A stretch of 64,000 nt of DNA from Gloeobacterales cyanobacterium (GCA_038245785.1 JBBRSB010000006.1:32001-96000); one strand, 5' to 3'; positions 31,676 to 41,773 are shown, numbered from the stretch's first letter. Numbers and translations: made by a program. Notes: generated from the sequence alone by a model not told the origin.

Positions 31676-31802
31676 AGGAAATCCGAGATGGCGCTATAAA
31701 CATTATCGCCTTGAGACAAACCATTTTTTAAGGTGGGTCAAAAGGTTCTATAGAGATGGTTTACGATCAAGAAAATCTATCGATGCCCAGGAGGAAGCTT
31801 TT

Positions 31803-32888
31803 GTGATTCGATTCGGCATTCTCAGTGACCCCCACATCACAGTGCCAGAGACCCTCCAAGACTATCCAGGCCGCAGTCACTTTTTAGAAGTTAGCATTCC
31901 AGCGATCAATAAAGCCTTGGAGGCTCTGAGGTTTGAAGACCTAGATTTTTTGATAATTCCAGGAGATTTAACCCAGAACGGCGAACAGGTGAACCACGAT
32001 TGGTTAGTCGAAAAATTAGATAGCTTACCCTATCCAACTTACCTGATTCCAGGAAATCACGATGCACCTGATTGGGATTCCCATGGGCAATGGTTAGGAC
32101 TCAAAAATTTTCCGCTTGCTTATAAAAATTTTGGCTATGAAAAAAATCGACTTTATTACGCTATAGAAGTAGCATCTGATGTTCATCTCATTGGTCTCAA
32201 TTCCAATCAATTCTTGTGTGTAAGCAATCAGGTGACGGGAGCTATTGATAGCGAACAATATAACTGGCTGGAAACAACACTAAAGATGCTAAAAGGCAAA
32301 TTAGTGATGGTTATGGTCCATCACAACGTTTTAGAACATATTCCTATGCAAGCTCGCCACCCAATGACCAAGATGTATATCATTGAGGAACATGAACGGC
32401 TCGTGCACTTACTCAGAAGCTATGGGGTTAAACTAGTTTTCACAGGGCATTTTCATATGCAGGATATTGCACAGTCAAAAGGACTCTATGATATCACTAC
32501 AGGCTCTCTAGTCGGTTATCCGCATCCTTATAGGATTTGTGAAATGGATGATCAAGAAATAAAGATCAGATCGCATCAAATTACTTCTCTAGAGCAATGG
32601 CCTGACTTACATAAAGTTTCTCTAGAACGGATGCAATCTCTTAGTGATGCCTATATGATTAAACTTCTGACATCTCCTCCACTATCTATTTCTTTAGAAA
32701 GAGCAAAACAATTTGCCCCCCACTTGCGCTTTTTTTGGCCTAAGATAGTTGCAGGAAATGCTCAGTTTTCTCTACCCAATTTTCCATTGCCTATACAAAT
32801 GTTTTTCAATCAATTCAACGATCGTCCTCCCGATGATAATAATGTAATACTCCCTCTACATACCTCTATAAATTCTTCCCCAAATTGA
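31803..32888 (+). CDS. Calcineurin-like metallophosphoesterase
   Basis: SDPH, GDLT, GNHD, HH, GHFH motifs; GTG 31803 after GGAGG avoids overlap with ileS. Confidence 0.9.
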   Translation: MIRFGILSDPHITVPETLQDYPGRSHFLEVSIPAINKALEALRFEDLDFLIIPGDLTQNGEQVNHDWLVEKLDSLPYPTYLIPGNHDAPDWDSHGQWLGLKNFPLAYKNFGYEKNRLYYAIEVASDVHLIGLNSNQFLCVSNQVTGAIDSEQYNWLETTLKMLKGKLVMVMVHHNVLEHIPMQARHPMTKMYIIEEHERLVHLLRSYGVKLVFTGHFHMQDIAQSKGLYDITTGSLVGYPHPYRICEMDDQEIKIRSHQITSLEQWPDLHKVSLERMQSLSDAYMIKLLTSPPLSISLERAKQFAPHLRFFWPKIVAGNAQFSLPNFPLPIQMFFNQFNDRPPDDNNVILPLHTSINSSPN

Positions 32889-32891
32889 TCT

Positions 32892-33416
32892 ATGCATTGG
32901 AAAACTCTTGACTCTCAATATGCTCTTAACCATCCCTGGATGAAAGTTCGAAAGGATATCTGTGAACTGCCAGATGGAACTCTTATTGATGACTACTACT
33001 GGATAGAATCTCCCGACAATGCTCTAGTCGTGCCCATCACAGCACAGGGAGATGTAGTGGTTGTCAGACAGTACAAACATGGAGCGAAAGAAGTTCTGGT
33101 AGAATTTCCTGGAGGTGTCTTGAATTCTGAAGAAGAGGCACTGGCAGGAGCACAACGCGAGCTTTTAGAAGAGACTGGCTATGGGGACGGCATTTGGACA
33201 TTCCTGGATGCTGTCTATACAGGTCCCACCAAATCTCCAGCCAGAACTCATATTTTTTTGGTAGAGGGTGTAGTTTTTAAACAAGCGCAGGCACTTGACC
33301 CGGAGGAACGAATAGAGGTGCTGACCATAGAGTGGGAACTACTAAACATGCTGGGTATAAAGACTTGTAACTCCAGCTTAGCGCTGCGTCTAGCAGCAGA
33401 GAAAATGGGTTTGTAG
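32892..33416 (+). CDS. NUDIX hydrolase (ADP-ribose pyrophosphatase-like)
   Basis: Nudix box EFPGG..NSEEEALAGAQRELLEETGY. Confidence 0.92.
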   Translation: MHWKTLDSQYALNHPWMKVRKDICELPDGTLIDDYYWIESPDNALVVPITAQGDVVVVRQYKHGAKEVLVEFPGGVLNSEEEALAGAQRELLEETGYGDGIWTFLDAVYTGPTKSPARTHIFLVEGVVFKQAQALDPEERIEVLTIEWELLNMLGIKTCNSSLALRLAAEKMGL

Positions 33417-33546
33417 CTCACATACAATTTGTTTTCATGCTGCCCAAAGATGCATGAAAGCGCTACTGTGTAGAATGTAGCCCGTTAAGGGCGCATGGTC
33501 CATTTGCGTTCATTGGAACTGCATCGCATCGTCCGTTAGGAGTTAT

Positions 33547-33942
33547 ATGGAAGATACTCTATTACTCTGCCAGGTATCCTTGGGCAGTTTGACTTTGCAG
33601 GGTTACCGTATCGGTCGCCAGTACCTCATCGTTGCCTATGGAGTCCAGGCAGAAGGAAAACCGACACGGTATATCTTCGAAGAATTTGAAGATATGAACC
33701 GTCTTTGGCTGAATTTGAAAGAAAAAACGGAACAAGAAGCGAAGCAAATTCTGGCCGGAAAGCAAGAGGGATTACAAGCACGACGCCGTTCATTCACTTC
33801 AGCAGCGGCTCGCCAAGAAGGGCAAGGATCGAGGCCCGAACGCCCTGCTTTTTCAGATAACAGTCCTCGACGCTACGCAACAGGAATCGAAGCGACCCAT
33901 AAGGATCGGCCAACCCGTTCCTTCCGTCCGCGTGGCTCTTGA
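33547..33942 (+). CDS. Hypothetical protein with basic disordered C-terminus
   Basis: AGGAG RBS upstream; 131-aa ORF filling the intergenic gap. Confidence 0.65.
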   Translation: MEDTLLLCQVSLGSLTLQGYRIGRQYLIVAYGVQAEGKPTRYIFEEFEDMNRLWLNLKEKTEQEAKQILAGKQEGLQARRRSFTSAAARQEGQGSRPERPAFSDNSPRRYATGIEATHKDRPTRSFRPRGS

Positions 33943-33993
33943 CATACAATTTGTTAACTATCTAACAAATTAAACTGTGAGAGGCTCCAAGGG

Positions 33994-34806
33994 ATGTCCC
34001 CTATTATCCGTTTGACGCTTCTGGTCAGCACCCTCATGCTTGCCAGCGGAGCTGCCTTTACTCAGCCAAATCCAAATTCTCCACCGATCAGCAAAGAAAC
34101 TTCTGCAGCCTGCAACAAGAAAAAATTATTCACTCTTAAAGAACAACAGTGGCAAGGTAGTGGAGCACCCGTTGTACGCTCTACCTATCAGGTGGCAGGC
34201 AAGCCAGGCTTTTTCTTTACTTCGGGAATGACCATTTATGCAGATGGTTCTTACCGCGCATTTCATCGCATATCCAAGAGGGGTATCGATGATCTTGCCA
34301 ATGCTGGAAGACCAAGCAACTGGTGGGGGCTGGTAACGAATACCGGGGAACCTGAAGGCAAACCTGTAGTCCAAGGCCCTAACGACCCTGCTCCTGGATT
34401 TTATATCTCCCAAACAGGCATGGAAGACACCACCAAAAGAGAAACAGACCCAAAGCGGTATATGGATGCAGAAACTATTCCCTACATAGTGCTCTCAGGC
34501 ACTAGTGCACAAAATCCTGGGGCCACCTTTGGTGACTACGCCGTTGTATTTAATAACAAAAACAGGAAATATACCTACGCTGTCTATGGTGATAACTGGC
34601 CTACCGTCAAAATTGGTGAAGGTTCAGTAGCACTAGCTAAAGCTTTAGATATCCCGGCTAACCCTAGAGATGGTGGCGTTGAAGAGAGGATAACCTATCT
34701 CATCTTCCCAAAATCCCGGACTAACCCCTGGCGCTCAGAAGAAAACGTAGACGATATTCGTGTTGAAGCTGAGAAAAAGTTCATAGATTGGGGAGGCATC
34801 GAATAA
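33994..34806 (+). CDS. Secreted GH75 (fungal chitosanase-like) glycoside hydrolase; possibly C-terminally truncated
   Basis: Signal peptide; YMDAETIPYIVL and AVYGD...IGEGSVALA catalytic-type motifs. Confidence 0.7.
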   Translation: MSPIIRLTLLVSTLMLASGAAFTQPNPNSPPISKETSAACNKKKLFTLKEQQWQGSGAPVVRSTYQVAGKPGFFFTSGMTIYADGSYRAFHRISKRGIDDLANAGRPSNWWGLVTNTGEPEGKPVVQGPNDPAPGFYISQTGMEDTTKRETDPKRYMDAETIPYIVLSGTSAQNPGATFGDYAVVFNNKNRKYTYAVYGDNWPTVKIGEGSVALAKALDIPANPRDGGVEERITYLIFPKSRTNPWRSEENVDDIRVEAEKKFIDWGGIE

Positions 34807-34919
34807 CTCATGGCTTGTGTAAAATAATTCACTTTGATGTTGTGTATATTTGAAGTCTTTATTGCTGAAAATTATTCTCGGTATTCCAACCACCAGTGAT
34901 CTTTTTTGGGCAGCGTAAC

Positions 34920-35468
34920 ATGGCAAAATTTTATCCAAAACTAACCGATGATCTATGTGCATTTATTGCACAACAATATATTTTTTTTACTGCAACGGCA
35001 CCGCTTCATGGTCGCATTAACTTATCTCCTAAAGGCATTGATACTTTTCGTTGCTTAGATCACCAGAGCGTAGCTTATCTAGACCTGACCGGTAGCGGCA
35101 ACGAAACCAGTGCCCATTTAGCAGAAAATGGACGTCTAACGATTATGTTTTGCAGCTTCACAGAGGAGCCCTTAATCTTGCGCTTGTATGGTCAGGGGAA
35201 AGTCCTGAGACCCAGGGATGAGTCGTGGGAAAAAATGTACCCCCTATTCGAGTCCATACCTGGGACACGGCAAATCATCCAACTTGATATCGATTCTGTA
35301 CAAACTTCCTGTGGATTTGGGGTGCCTCTATATATTTACCAGGAAGAACGAGAAACGCTTGTTCGCTGGGCGGCCCATAAAGGAAAAAAGGGAATTCGGG
35401 AGTATTGGCACCAGAAAAATCGAACAAGCATTGATGGTCTACCAACCCGTCTTTTGACAGAAGACTAG
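34920..35468 (+). CDS. Pyridoxamine 5'-phosphate oxidase-family FMN-binding protein
   Basis: INLSPKG, YLDLTGSGNET, QTSCGFGVP, SIDGLP. Confidence 0.9.
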   Translation: MAKFYPKLTDDLCAFIAQQYIFFTATAPLHGRINLSPKGIDTFRCLDHQSVAYLDLTGSGNETSAHLAENGRLTIMFCSFTEEPLILRLYGQGKVLRPRDESWEKMYPLFESIPGTRQIIQLDIDSVQTSCGFGVPLYIYQEERETLVRWAAHKGKKGIREYWHQKNRTSIDGLPTRLLTED

Positions 35469-35679
35469 GCAATAGTATGGAGGTAGATAAAGTTGGGAAG
35501 CTAGACAAGTCTTCAAAGAACGAATTTCAAGAATTTTTCAGCATTACTCGTCAAATTTGATACCAACCCAAACTTAATCACATGAAATGCTTAAAGTTGA
35601 TATATTTATAAAGCTTGCTACTGTGTCAAAAACACGGTACAAAAGGGCACAATAACCGCACAAGGTGTGAGGAACGCGG

Positions 35680-36908
35680 GTGAACACTGGGTTTAAGTTA
35701 TTGATTGGCGGTGGTTTGGCTACGGTTTTTTTTTGCACGGAATTTCCCCTGTAGCCGCAGGACCCTTGCTGGATGACTTTTTGGGACAAATTAGAGCCAA
35801 TCGTCTCAATCCTCAGATCCAAGGTATTTTGCTGGTAGATCAAGAAGGCCACATCTTGGAAGGAAATCAGTCACAGGCACTCCTGCCGGCAGCTTCTGTC
35901 ACCAAGCTAGCGACGACCTTGGCCGTCATGGACCGCTGGGGCGCTGACCACCAATTTGAAACTCGGATATACGGCGATGGCCCAATAGAGGCTGGAGTCC
36001 TCCAAGGAAATCTCTATGTCCAGGGAGGGCAAGACCCCTTCTTTCTCTGGCAAGATGCGCTAGATATTGCTCACCAACTCGAACAACTGGGTATTCAGCA
36101 AGTAACAGGAGATCTCGTTATTGAAGGTCCCTTCTGGATGAATTTTTCTACGGACGGGCTGAAAAGTGCCTCATCGCTCAAAACAGCGTTAGACAGCAGT
36201 AAGTGGACACCCAGACTCTGGAATCTGTACGGTCCCTATGCCGCTCCCAATATTCATATCAATGGTGCAGTACGTACTGGCATGCGTCCTCCGGCAACAG
36301 GGGATAAACCGCTTGCGGTTCATGTCTCTCGCCCTTTATGGAAAGTTGCCAAACAGATGAATGCATATAGCTCTAACATCATGGCAAAATTCTTGGGAGA
36401 GACTTTGGGAGGGCCTCGTGGAGTAGAGCAACAGCTGCGCAATACCTATCCGAATATAGGACCATTTACGCTCCAAACGGCATCAGGTTTGGGTCGAGAA
36501 AACAGATTCTCCACCGAATCTGTAGTCTTCATTATCAACGCTTTAGAACAGCGAATGAAGCACTTGGGCATGAATTTGACCGATGTCATGGCGGTGAAAG
36601 GCCTAGACCCAGGAACTTTGGCTAGACGAGGAATGCCCGATGGAGTAGTCGCTAAAACAGGCACCTTAAACAAGGTCAGTTGTCTAGCAGGAGTGGTCCA
36701 AACCGGTGCCTATGGTCCATTGCGCTTTGTATTGCTAAATCAAGGCTCTGTATCCAAACTACGCAAACTTCAAGACTGGTTTTTGCGTCTGGTGCAGTAC
36801 TACTATGGGGGCAACACGGCCATAACTTCAGTCCCGATCCAGAATAACCAACCGGAAAAAGCGATTGCGGACCCCGCGATGGAAGAAGGAGAATTGATAC
36901 CTCAGTGA
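35680..36908 (+). CDS. dacB: D-Ala-D-Ala carboxypeptidase (PBP4/peptidase S13); signal peptide out of frame at a T9 tract
   Basis: SVTK, SSN and KTG motifs; GAGG + GTG 35680 gives MNTGFKLLIGGGLATVFF, which joins LHGISPVAA only if the T-run at 35726-35734 is 10 or 7 long. Confidence 0.85.
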
Positions 36909-37019
36909 GCATAGGGAAATATATCTTGAGCAGGTCAGCCTATAATCGCTTAGGGGCAGCAGCATAGCCCTTTGAGCCTCCGCTCACAAGATAGGAAAAA
37001 ATACAGGATAGCGCGTCCC

Positions 37020-37526
37020 ATGATCCTGAAAGCAAAACTGGAAGCACTCTTATATATCAAGGCCCGACCTCTGGGCTTGGAGGAATTGGCCCGTCTAGCA
37101 CTTTGTAGCAAAGAGGAAGTGTACGACGGCCTTTCAGAACTCATTGATGACTACAGCTATCGAGAAAGTGCGCTTGAAGTAGTAGAAACGGACCAGGGGT
37201 TTGCCCTACAGCTCAGGCCTGGATATGAAAGTTTGGTCCAAGAACACGTCCCTGCCGAGTTAGGAGTTGGAGCCCAACGCACTTTAGCCCTTATCGCTTT
37301 GAGAGGACCGCTCACACAAAGTGAATTGATCGATCTACGGGGCTCAGGAGCCTATGACCAGGTTCGCGACCTTGTCCGCTTAGGATTTATCTCTAAGAAC
37401 AAAGAGAGTGCCGGGCGTTCTTATCGTCTGCGCGTTACTGACAAATTTCACCAATACTTTGCTGTGACTGATATTAAAGCGCTCTTGGATTCTGAGGAAA
37501 CTGCAGCTCAGCCTCAATCCACTTGA
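37020..37526 (+). CDS. scpB: SMC-Scp complex subunit ScpB
   Basis: LEALLY, TLALIA..GPLTQSELIDLRG, TDKFHQYF. Confidence 0.92.
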   Translation: MILKAKLEALLYIKARPLGLEELARLALCSKEEVYDGLSELIDDYSYRESALEVVETDQGFALQLRPGYESLVQEHVPAELGVGAQRTLALIALRGPLTQSELIDLRGSGAYDQVRDLVRLGFISKNKESAGRSYRLRVTDKFHQYFAVTDIKALLDSEETAAQPQST

Positions 37527-37578
37527 CATCAAGCCACTCAATTCATCAGAATATAGATATGTTCCAAAGAGAGAAAAA

Positions 37579-37911
37579 ATGCTTTTTCCCTTTAACTCGG
37601 ATAAGACCTTAGCAGAAAATCCTTTTAGTGCTTACTTGAAAGAGCAAGATCAAGAGGCCTTGGCCGCACTAGCTCAAGAAATTTCTCTGGAAGTCCGGCA
37701 AGCTATGTCTAGCAGTATCCAGGGTGTGGCAGGAATTTTGCCGCCAGAGCAATTTGCAGTGCACATCACTACTTCTAGAGAGAATTTATTGGGGTTACTG
37801 TCTTCAGCGATGATGACCGGCTACTTTTTCCATAACCTTGAGCAGCGTTATTTGCTGGAGCATCGTTTAGCACTGGATGTGGCTCCCCCTGAGCAATCAT
37901 CGGATGCGTAG
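37579..37911 (+). CDS. DUF760 family protein
   Basis: LPPEQFAVHITTSRENLLGLLSSAMMTGYF, typical of cyanobacterial DUF760. Confidence 0.8.
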   Translation: MLFPFNSDKTLAENPFSAYLKEQDQEALAALAQEISLEVRQAMSSSIQGVAGILPPEQFAVHITTSRENLLGLLSSAMMTGYFFHNLEQRYLLEHRLALDVAPPEQSSDA

Positions 37912-38011
37912 CTTATGTGAAACCCAAGCTAGAATTACGGTGCAGCTTTTGAACAGTCAAGGCAGTGGACACGGTCCCCAAAATCCTGATATGTTTGATA
38001 GCTGCACATGT

Positions 38012-38087
38012 GCGCTCTTAGTTCAGTTGGTAGAACGCAGGTCTCCAAAACCTGATGTCGGGGGTTCAAGTCCTCCAGGGCGCGCCA
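38012..38087 (+). tRNA. trnW: tRNA-Trp (CCA), 3' CCA encoded
   Basis: GCGCTCT/AGGGCGC acceptor stem, CAGGT-CTCCAAA-ACCTG anticodon arm, GTTCAAG T-loop; canonical position before secE. Confidence 0.97.
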
Positions 38088-38115
38088 GCACCTCATATTC
38101 TTAGGAGCGTGCCCT

Positions 38116-38349
38116 GTGGCAACGAAACCGAGTGCTTCTGAAGACACTCCCCCCGCTGCACCCATTCAGAAGTTCAATCCGACGCGGCTCTATACAGAGG
38201 TGCGGGAAGAACTTTCTAAGGTAGTGTGGCCAGACCGCCAGAAAGTAATCAGCGAATCGGCCGCAGTGATCCTCATAGTGGCAGCTTCTGCTAGTTTTAT
38301 TTACCTGGTGGATTCCTTATTTATCTTTATCGCCAGCAAAGTGTTTTAG
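38116..38349 (+). CDS. secE: Preprotein translocase subunit SecE
   Basis: ELSKVVWPDR motif followed by a single TM helix. Confidence 0.95.
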   Translation: MATKPSASEDTPPAAPIQKFNPTRLYTEVREELSKVVWPDRQKVISESAAVILIVAASASFIYLVDSLFIFIASKVF

Positions 38350-38358
38350 GTGTTTTCA

Positions 38359-38958
38359 ATGGTCAACCTTGCCAATCTCGCGAAAGACTCCGGCAGCAAA
38401 TCTCGCTGGTATGCCGTACAGGTAGCTTCTGGATGTGAGAAGAAGGTCAAAGCCAACCTTTTACAACGAATTCAGACCTTGGATGTAGCGGACCGTATTC
38501 TCCAGATTCAGATTCCAGAACGTCCTGCTATCAAAATCAAGAAAGATGGCAGCCGCGCCTCTTCAGAAGAGAAAATTTTTCCAGGCTATGTCTTGATTGA
38601 AATGGTCATGGATGATCATGTTTGGTCAGTAGTCAAAAATACACCCAACGTAATTAACTTTGTCGGCACGGAAGAAAAACGCCGCTACGGCAGAGGGAGA
38701 GGCCATGTGACGCCCCGCCCCCTAGAGCCCACGGAAATGCGTCGAATCTTTATCAGCGCCGAAGAAGAGACTCCTATTATCAAAGTGGACTTGGCCGCTG
38801 GCGATCATATTGAAGTCACCTCCGGGCCTTTCCAAGATTTCAGTGGCGAAGTGGTAGAAGTCAGCCCAGAGCGAGGAAAACTCAAGGCTCTTATTTCTAT
38901 CTTTGGCCGCGACACGCCTGTAGAACTAGAATTCAACCAAGTCCATAAGGTGGACTAG
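38359..38958 (+). CDS. nusG: Transcription termination/antitermination factor NusG
   Basis: WYAVQVASGCEKKV, FPGYVL, SIFGRDTPVELEF; alternative GTG start at 38350. Confidence 0.97.
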   Translation: MVNLANLAKDSGSKSRWYAVQVASGCEKKVKANLLQRIQTLDVADRILQIQIPERPAIKIKKDGSRASSEEKIFPGYVLIEMVMDDHVWSVVKNTPNVINFVGTEEKRRYGRGRGHVTPRPLEPTEMRRIFISAEEETPIIKVDLAAGDHIEVTSGPFQDFSGEVVEVSPERGKLKALISIFGRDTPVELEFNQVHKVD

Positions 38959-39006
38959 GGTGGCAGCAGGGTACTCTAAGTGCAGTTTTGCTGCAGCTTT
39001 TCATCC

Positions 39007-39369
39007 ATGAGAATCACCCCCGCCCCAAATCACGAAGTCGCTATCTATCTACCGTACTATCCGCCCTCTCGTAGGCCTTTTTTACCCATGGCCTTGGGAT
39101 TGTACAAGCAGTCTTCACTGGAAGGCAGGCGCAGGATTGAAGGAGCCGAGGGCTTGGGATTCGTCGCAACCTGGGGCACTAAGTCTTTGCCTTCCGATGT
39201 TACGGAGTGCCGGGTTAAGTTCCTCACAGATGAACAAACCATAGACTATGAAGTCGCCTTCCAGAACGTAGAATTTTTGGGCTATCTTATCGAGATGGTT
39301 CAGTCCATTGAGTCCGGTAATGCTCCTGATTTTCCTCAGAGCTTTTACCGGAAATTATTGGGTTTTTGA
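39007..39369 (+). CDS. ebsA: Type IV pilus/biofilm-suppression protein EbsA
   Basis: YLPYY, LEGRRRIEG, FVATW, LPSD, DFPQSFYRKLL match cyanobacterial EbsA as recalled. Confidence 0.8.
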   Translation: MRITPAPNHEVAIYLPYYPPSRRPFLPMALGLYKQSSLEGRRRIEGAEGLGFVATWGTKSLPSDVTECRVKFLTDEQTIDYEVAFQNVEFLGYLIEMVQSIESGNAPDFPQSFYRKLLGF

Positions 39370-40297
39370 GCCACCTTTGGAGCACTGGTTTGACCTGAGG
39401 TTTGACCCAAGAGTAGTGTTGGGCATAAACCGGAAGCCGACGAACCAGGTGCCAATGGCTAGCCTCAAGTCGTGCAGCCAAGTCATGGATTAGAGGATGA
39501 TCGTAGTCGGGATTGACTACATCCACAGGACCAATACCGCCGAGGTCTGTCGCGCCCGCTTGCAGGAAAGGAACCAATTCACGGACAAGATTGGGTGGGA
39601 TCTGAAGAGTGATATCTGGGGCCAAGATAGAACGCGCTAGAGAAACCAGTTCCAAAAGATGCTTGTCTTGGAAAGACGCTCCAGCCCAGACTTGTTGCCC
39701 ACCCGGCTGGTGCGGTTGGAGAATTACCTCTTGGATATGACCGTATTGTTGATGGGCCACCTGAATAGTTTCAAGCGTCTGGAGCGTATCTTCCAGCGTT
39801 TCACCAATCCCAAGCAGTACGCCTGTTGTGAAGGGAATCTTTAGCGCACCAGCCCAATGGAGTTGTTGTGCGCGCACTTCAGGAACTTTGCTCGGAGCGT
39901 GCTTATGGACTTCGAGAGAGACCATTTGCTCTAACATAAGCCCCATGGAGCTATTCACTTCAGCCAAAGCCTGCATTTCTACATAGGAGAGGATGCCAGC
40001 ATTGGTATGGGGCAAAAATCCGAGGGAAAGGGCAATCCTGCAGGTTTCCAGGAGCATTTCCAACCAGGCTCTTCGCCTAGGATCTTTAGGATGCACCTCT
40101 CCGCTAAGTACAAGGATTTCAATAATGCCTGTGCCGACGAGGGGCTTCAATAGTTCATAAGTCTTTTCTGGCGTAATCCAATCAGCGCCGTAGTCTTGTC
40201 GAAAGTTGCAGTAACTACAGCGGTTAAAGCACTCATAGGTGGGCACGAGCGTGAAAGAGGGGCTATAGGTAACTGTTCTAGTTAAAGTAGGATTCAA
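39287..40297 (-). CDS. cofG: FO synthase subunit 1 (radical SAM)
   Basis: VTYS, CFNRCSYC (CxxxCxxC), LPHTNAG, SMGLMLE, GHIQEVILQP; start uncertain (TTG 40297 or ATG 40351). Confidence 0.9.
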   Translation of the reverse strand: MNPTLTRTVTYSPSFTLVPTYECFNRCSYCNFRQDYGADWITPEKTYELLKPLVGTGIIEILVLSGEVHPKDPRRRAWLEMLLETCRIALSLGFLPHTNAGILSYVEMQALAEVNSSMGLMLEQMVSLEVHKHAPSKVPEVRAQQLHWAGALKIPFTTGVLLGIGETLEDTLQTLETIQVAHQQYGHIQEVILQPHQPGGQQVWAGASFQDKHLLELVSLARSILAPDITLQIPPNLVRELVPFLQAGATDLGGIGPVDVVNPDYDHPLIHDLAARLEASHWHLVRRLPVYAQHYSWVKPQVKPVLQRWLKNPIISGKSSEENQEHYRTQWTEPSR

Positions 40298-40379
40298 GAG
40301 CAGACTATTTTTAGGAATTAACCCTATTGTGAAGGATAGATAAGCGATCATGAACCTTAGCCTCACCCACCAACCCCCT

Positions 40380-41111
40380 ATGAATAAGCACATTCTAAAA
40401 ACTATTGCCGTTTCTCTGCTCCTCACGCTGGCCACTCAAGGCCATGTTCTGGCCCAAACCCTCCCTGTCCCCAGTAGCCTAATCACATTGAACTCCGGCG
40501 AAGGGGAACAATTACTGCTAGAGAGTAAGACCCGTGAAGATTATTGGCCTTTAAGCCTTCAGTTTGTCAGTCAAAAAAATGGAGCTTATTGTGGGGTAGC
40601 CAGCAGCGTGATGGTATTGAATGCTCTAGCGGTCCCAGCCCCTAGTGCTCCTGAGTTGGGCCCCTATAAAACCTTCACCCAAGAAAATTTTTTCAACGAA
40701 CAGAATCAAAAATTCTTACCTGCTGAAGTCGTCTCCCGCCAAGGCATGACCCTCGACCAATTGAGCAAGCTCTTAGAAGCCTATCCGGTGAAGACAGAAA
40801 TTCATCATGGAGATCAAAGCAGCCTCGAAGAATTTCGCAAAATATCAGCCAATATCCTCAAAGAACCGAATAACTTTGTCTTGGTCAACTATCTGCGCAA
40901 AGCGATTGGTCAGGAAACAGGAGGCCATATTTCACCGCTGGCAGCCTACAGCGAAAAGACAGACCGTTTCTTGATTTTGGATGTTTCGCGCTACAAGTAT
41001 CCGCCGGTCTGGGTTAAAGCGGCAGAGCTTTGGAAATCGATGAATACGATGGACACCGACTCAGGTAAAACTCGTGGATTTATCGTAGTGAGCACCCTCA
41101 AACCCACTTGA
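40380..41111 (+). CDS. Prokaryotic phytochelatin synthase (glutathione gamma-glutamylcysteinyltransferase) with signal peptide
   Basis: QKNGAYCGVAS (Cys), GHISP (His), LDVSRYKYPP (Asp); N-terminal signal ending HVLA. Confidence 0.92.
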   Translation: MNKHILKTIAVSLLLTLATQGHVLAQTLPVPSSLITLNSGEGEQLLLESKTREDYWPLSLQFVSQKNGAYCGVASSVMVLNALAVPAPSAPELGPYKTFTQENFFNEQNQKFLPAEVVSRQGMTLDQLSKLLEAYPVKTEIHHGDQSSLEEFRKISANILKEPNNFVLVNYLRKAIGQETGGHISPLAAYSEKTDRFLILDVSRYKYPPVWVKAAELWKSMNTMDTDSGKTRGFIVVSTLKPT

Positions 41112-41239
41112 GTAGATACAGTCATTTGCATTCACCTGAAAAGCAGGCTGAGACAAGACGAAGAAAGAGTCAGGAAGTATCTCCTGTACCGTAGCTTCCT
41201 AGGAATATAATTAGATACACAAAACGCCTAACCGAACCT

Positions 41240-41773
41240 GTGAAGCATACGTTATCTGTCTTAGTAGAAGATGAAGCTGGAGTCCTGACTCGGATTGCAG
41301 GGCTTTTTGCCCGCCGAGGCTTCAATATTGAAAGTCTGGCCGTGGGTCCAGCAGAGCAATCTGGGGTTTCTCGGATCACGATGGTCGTGCCGGGCGATCA
41401 GCAAGCCGTAGAGCAAATGACGAAGCAGCTCTATAAGCTGGTCAACGTGCTTAAAGTCTTAGATATCACCGAAAAGCCTTGTGTAGAGCGGGAACTAATG
41501 CTGCTCAAGGTGAATGCCAACCCCAATACCCGCCGAGAAATCATTGAAATTGCCAATATTTTCCGAGCACAGGTGGTGGATTTGGGAGAAGACTCTCTGA
41601 CCATTCAGGTGGTCGGCGATCCAGGGAAAATGGTGGCCACCATCCAAATGCTCAATAAATTTGGCATCCGAGAAATCGCACGGACAGGAAAGTTGGCTCT
41701 CGTCAGGGAATCTGGAGTCAACACCGAGTACCTAAAAATTCGCCCTAATCCTCTAGCTAAACTTGGGGTTTGA
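41240..41773 (+). CDS. ilvN: Acetolactate synthase small subunit
   Basis: [29 protein letters not shown] domain. Confidence 0.97.
   Translation: MKHTLSVLVEDEAGVLTRIAGLFARRGFNIESLAVGPAEQSGVSRITMVVPGDQQAVEQMTKQLYKLVNVLKVLDITEKPCVERELMLLKVNANPNTRREIIEIANIFRAQVVDLGEDSLTIQVVGDPGKMVATIQMLNKFGIREIARTGKLALVRESGVNTEYLKIRPNPLAKLGV

Noticed and set aside
31662..31802. Overlap of the metallophosphoesterase ORF with the ileS start
   Set aside because: A better start (GTG 31803 with GGAGG) removes the overlap
37877..38165. 75-76 aa ORFs on both strands
   Set aside because: They are translations across tRNA-Trp
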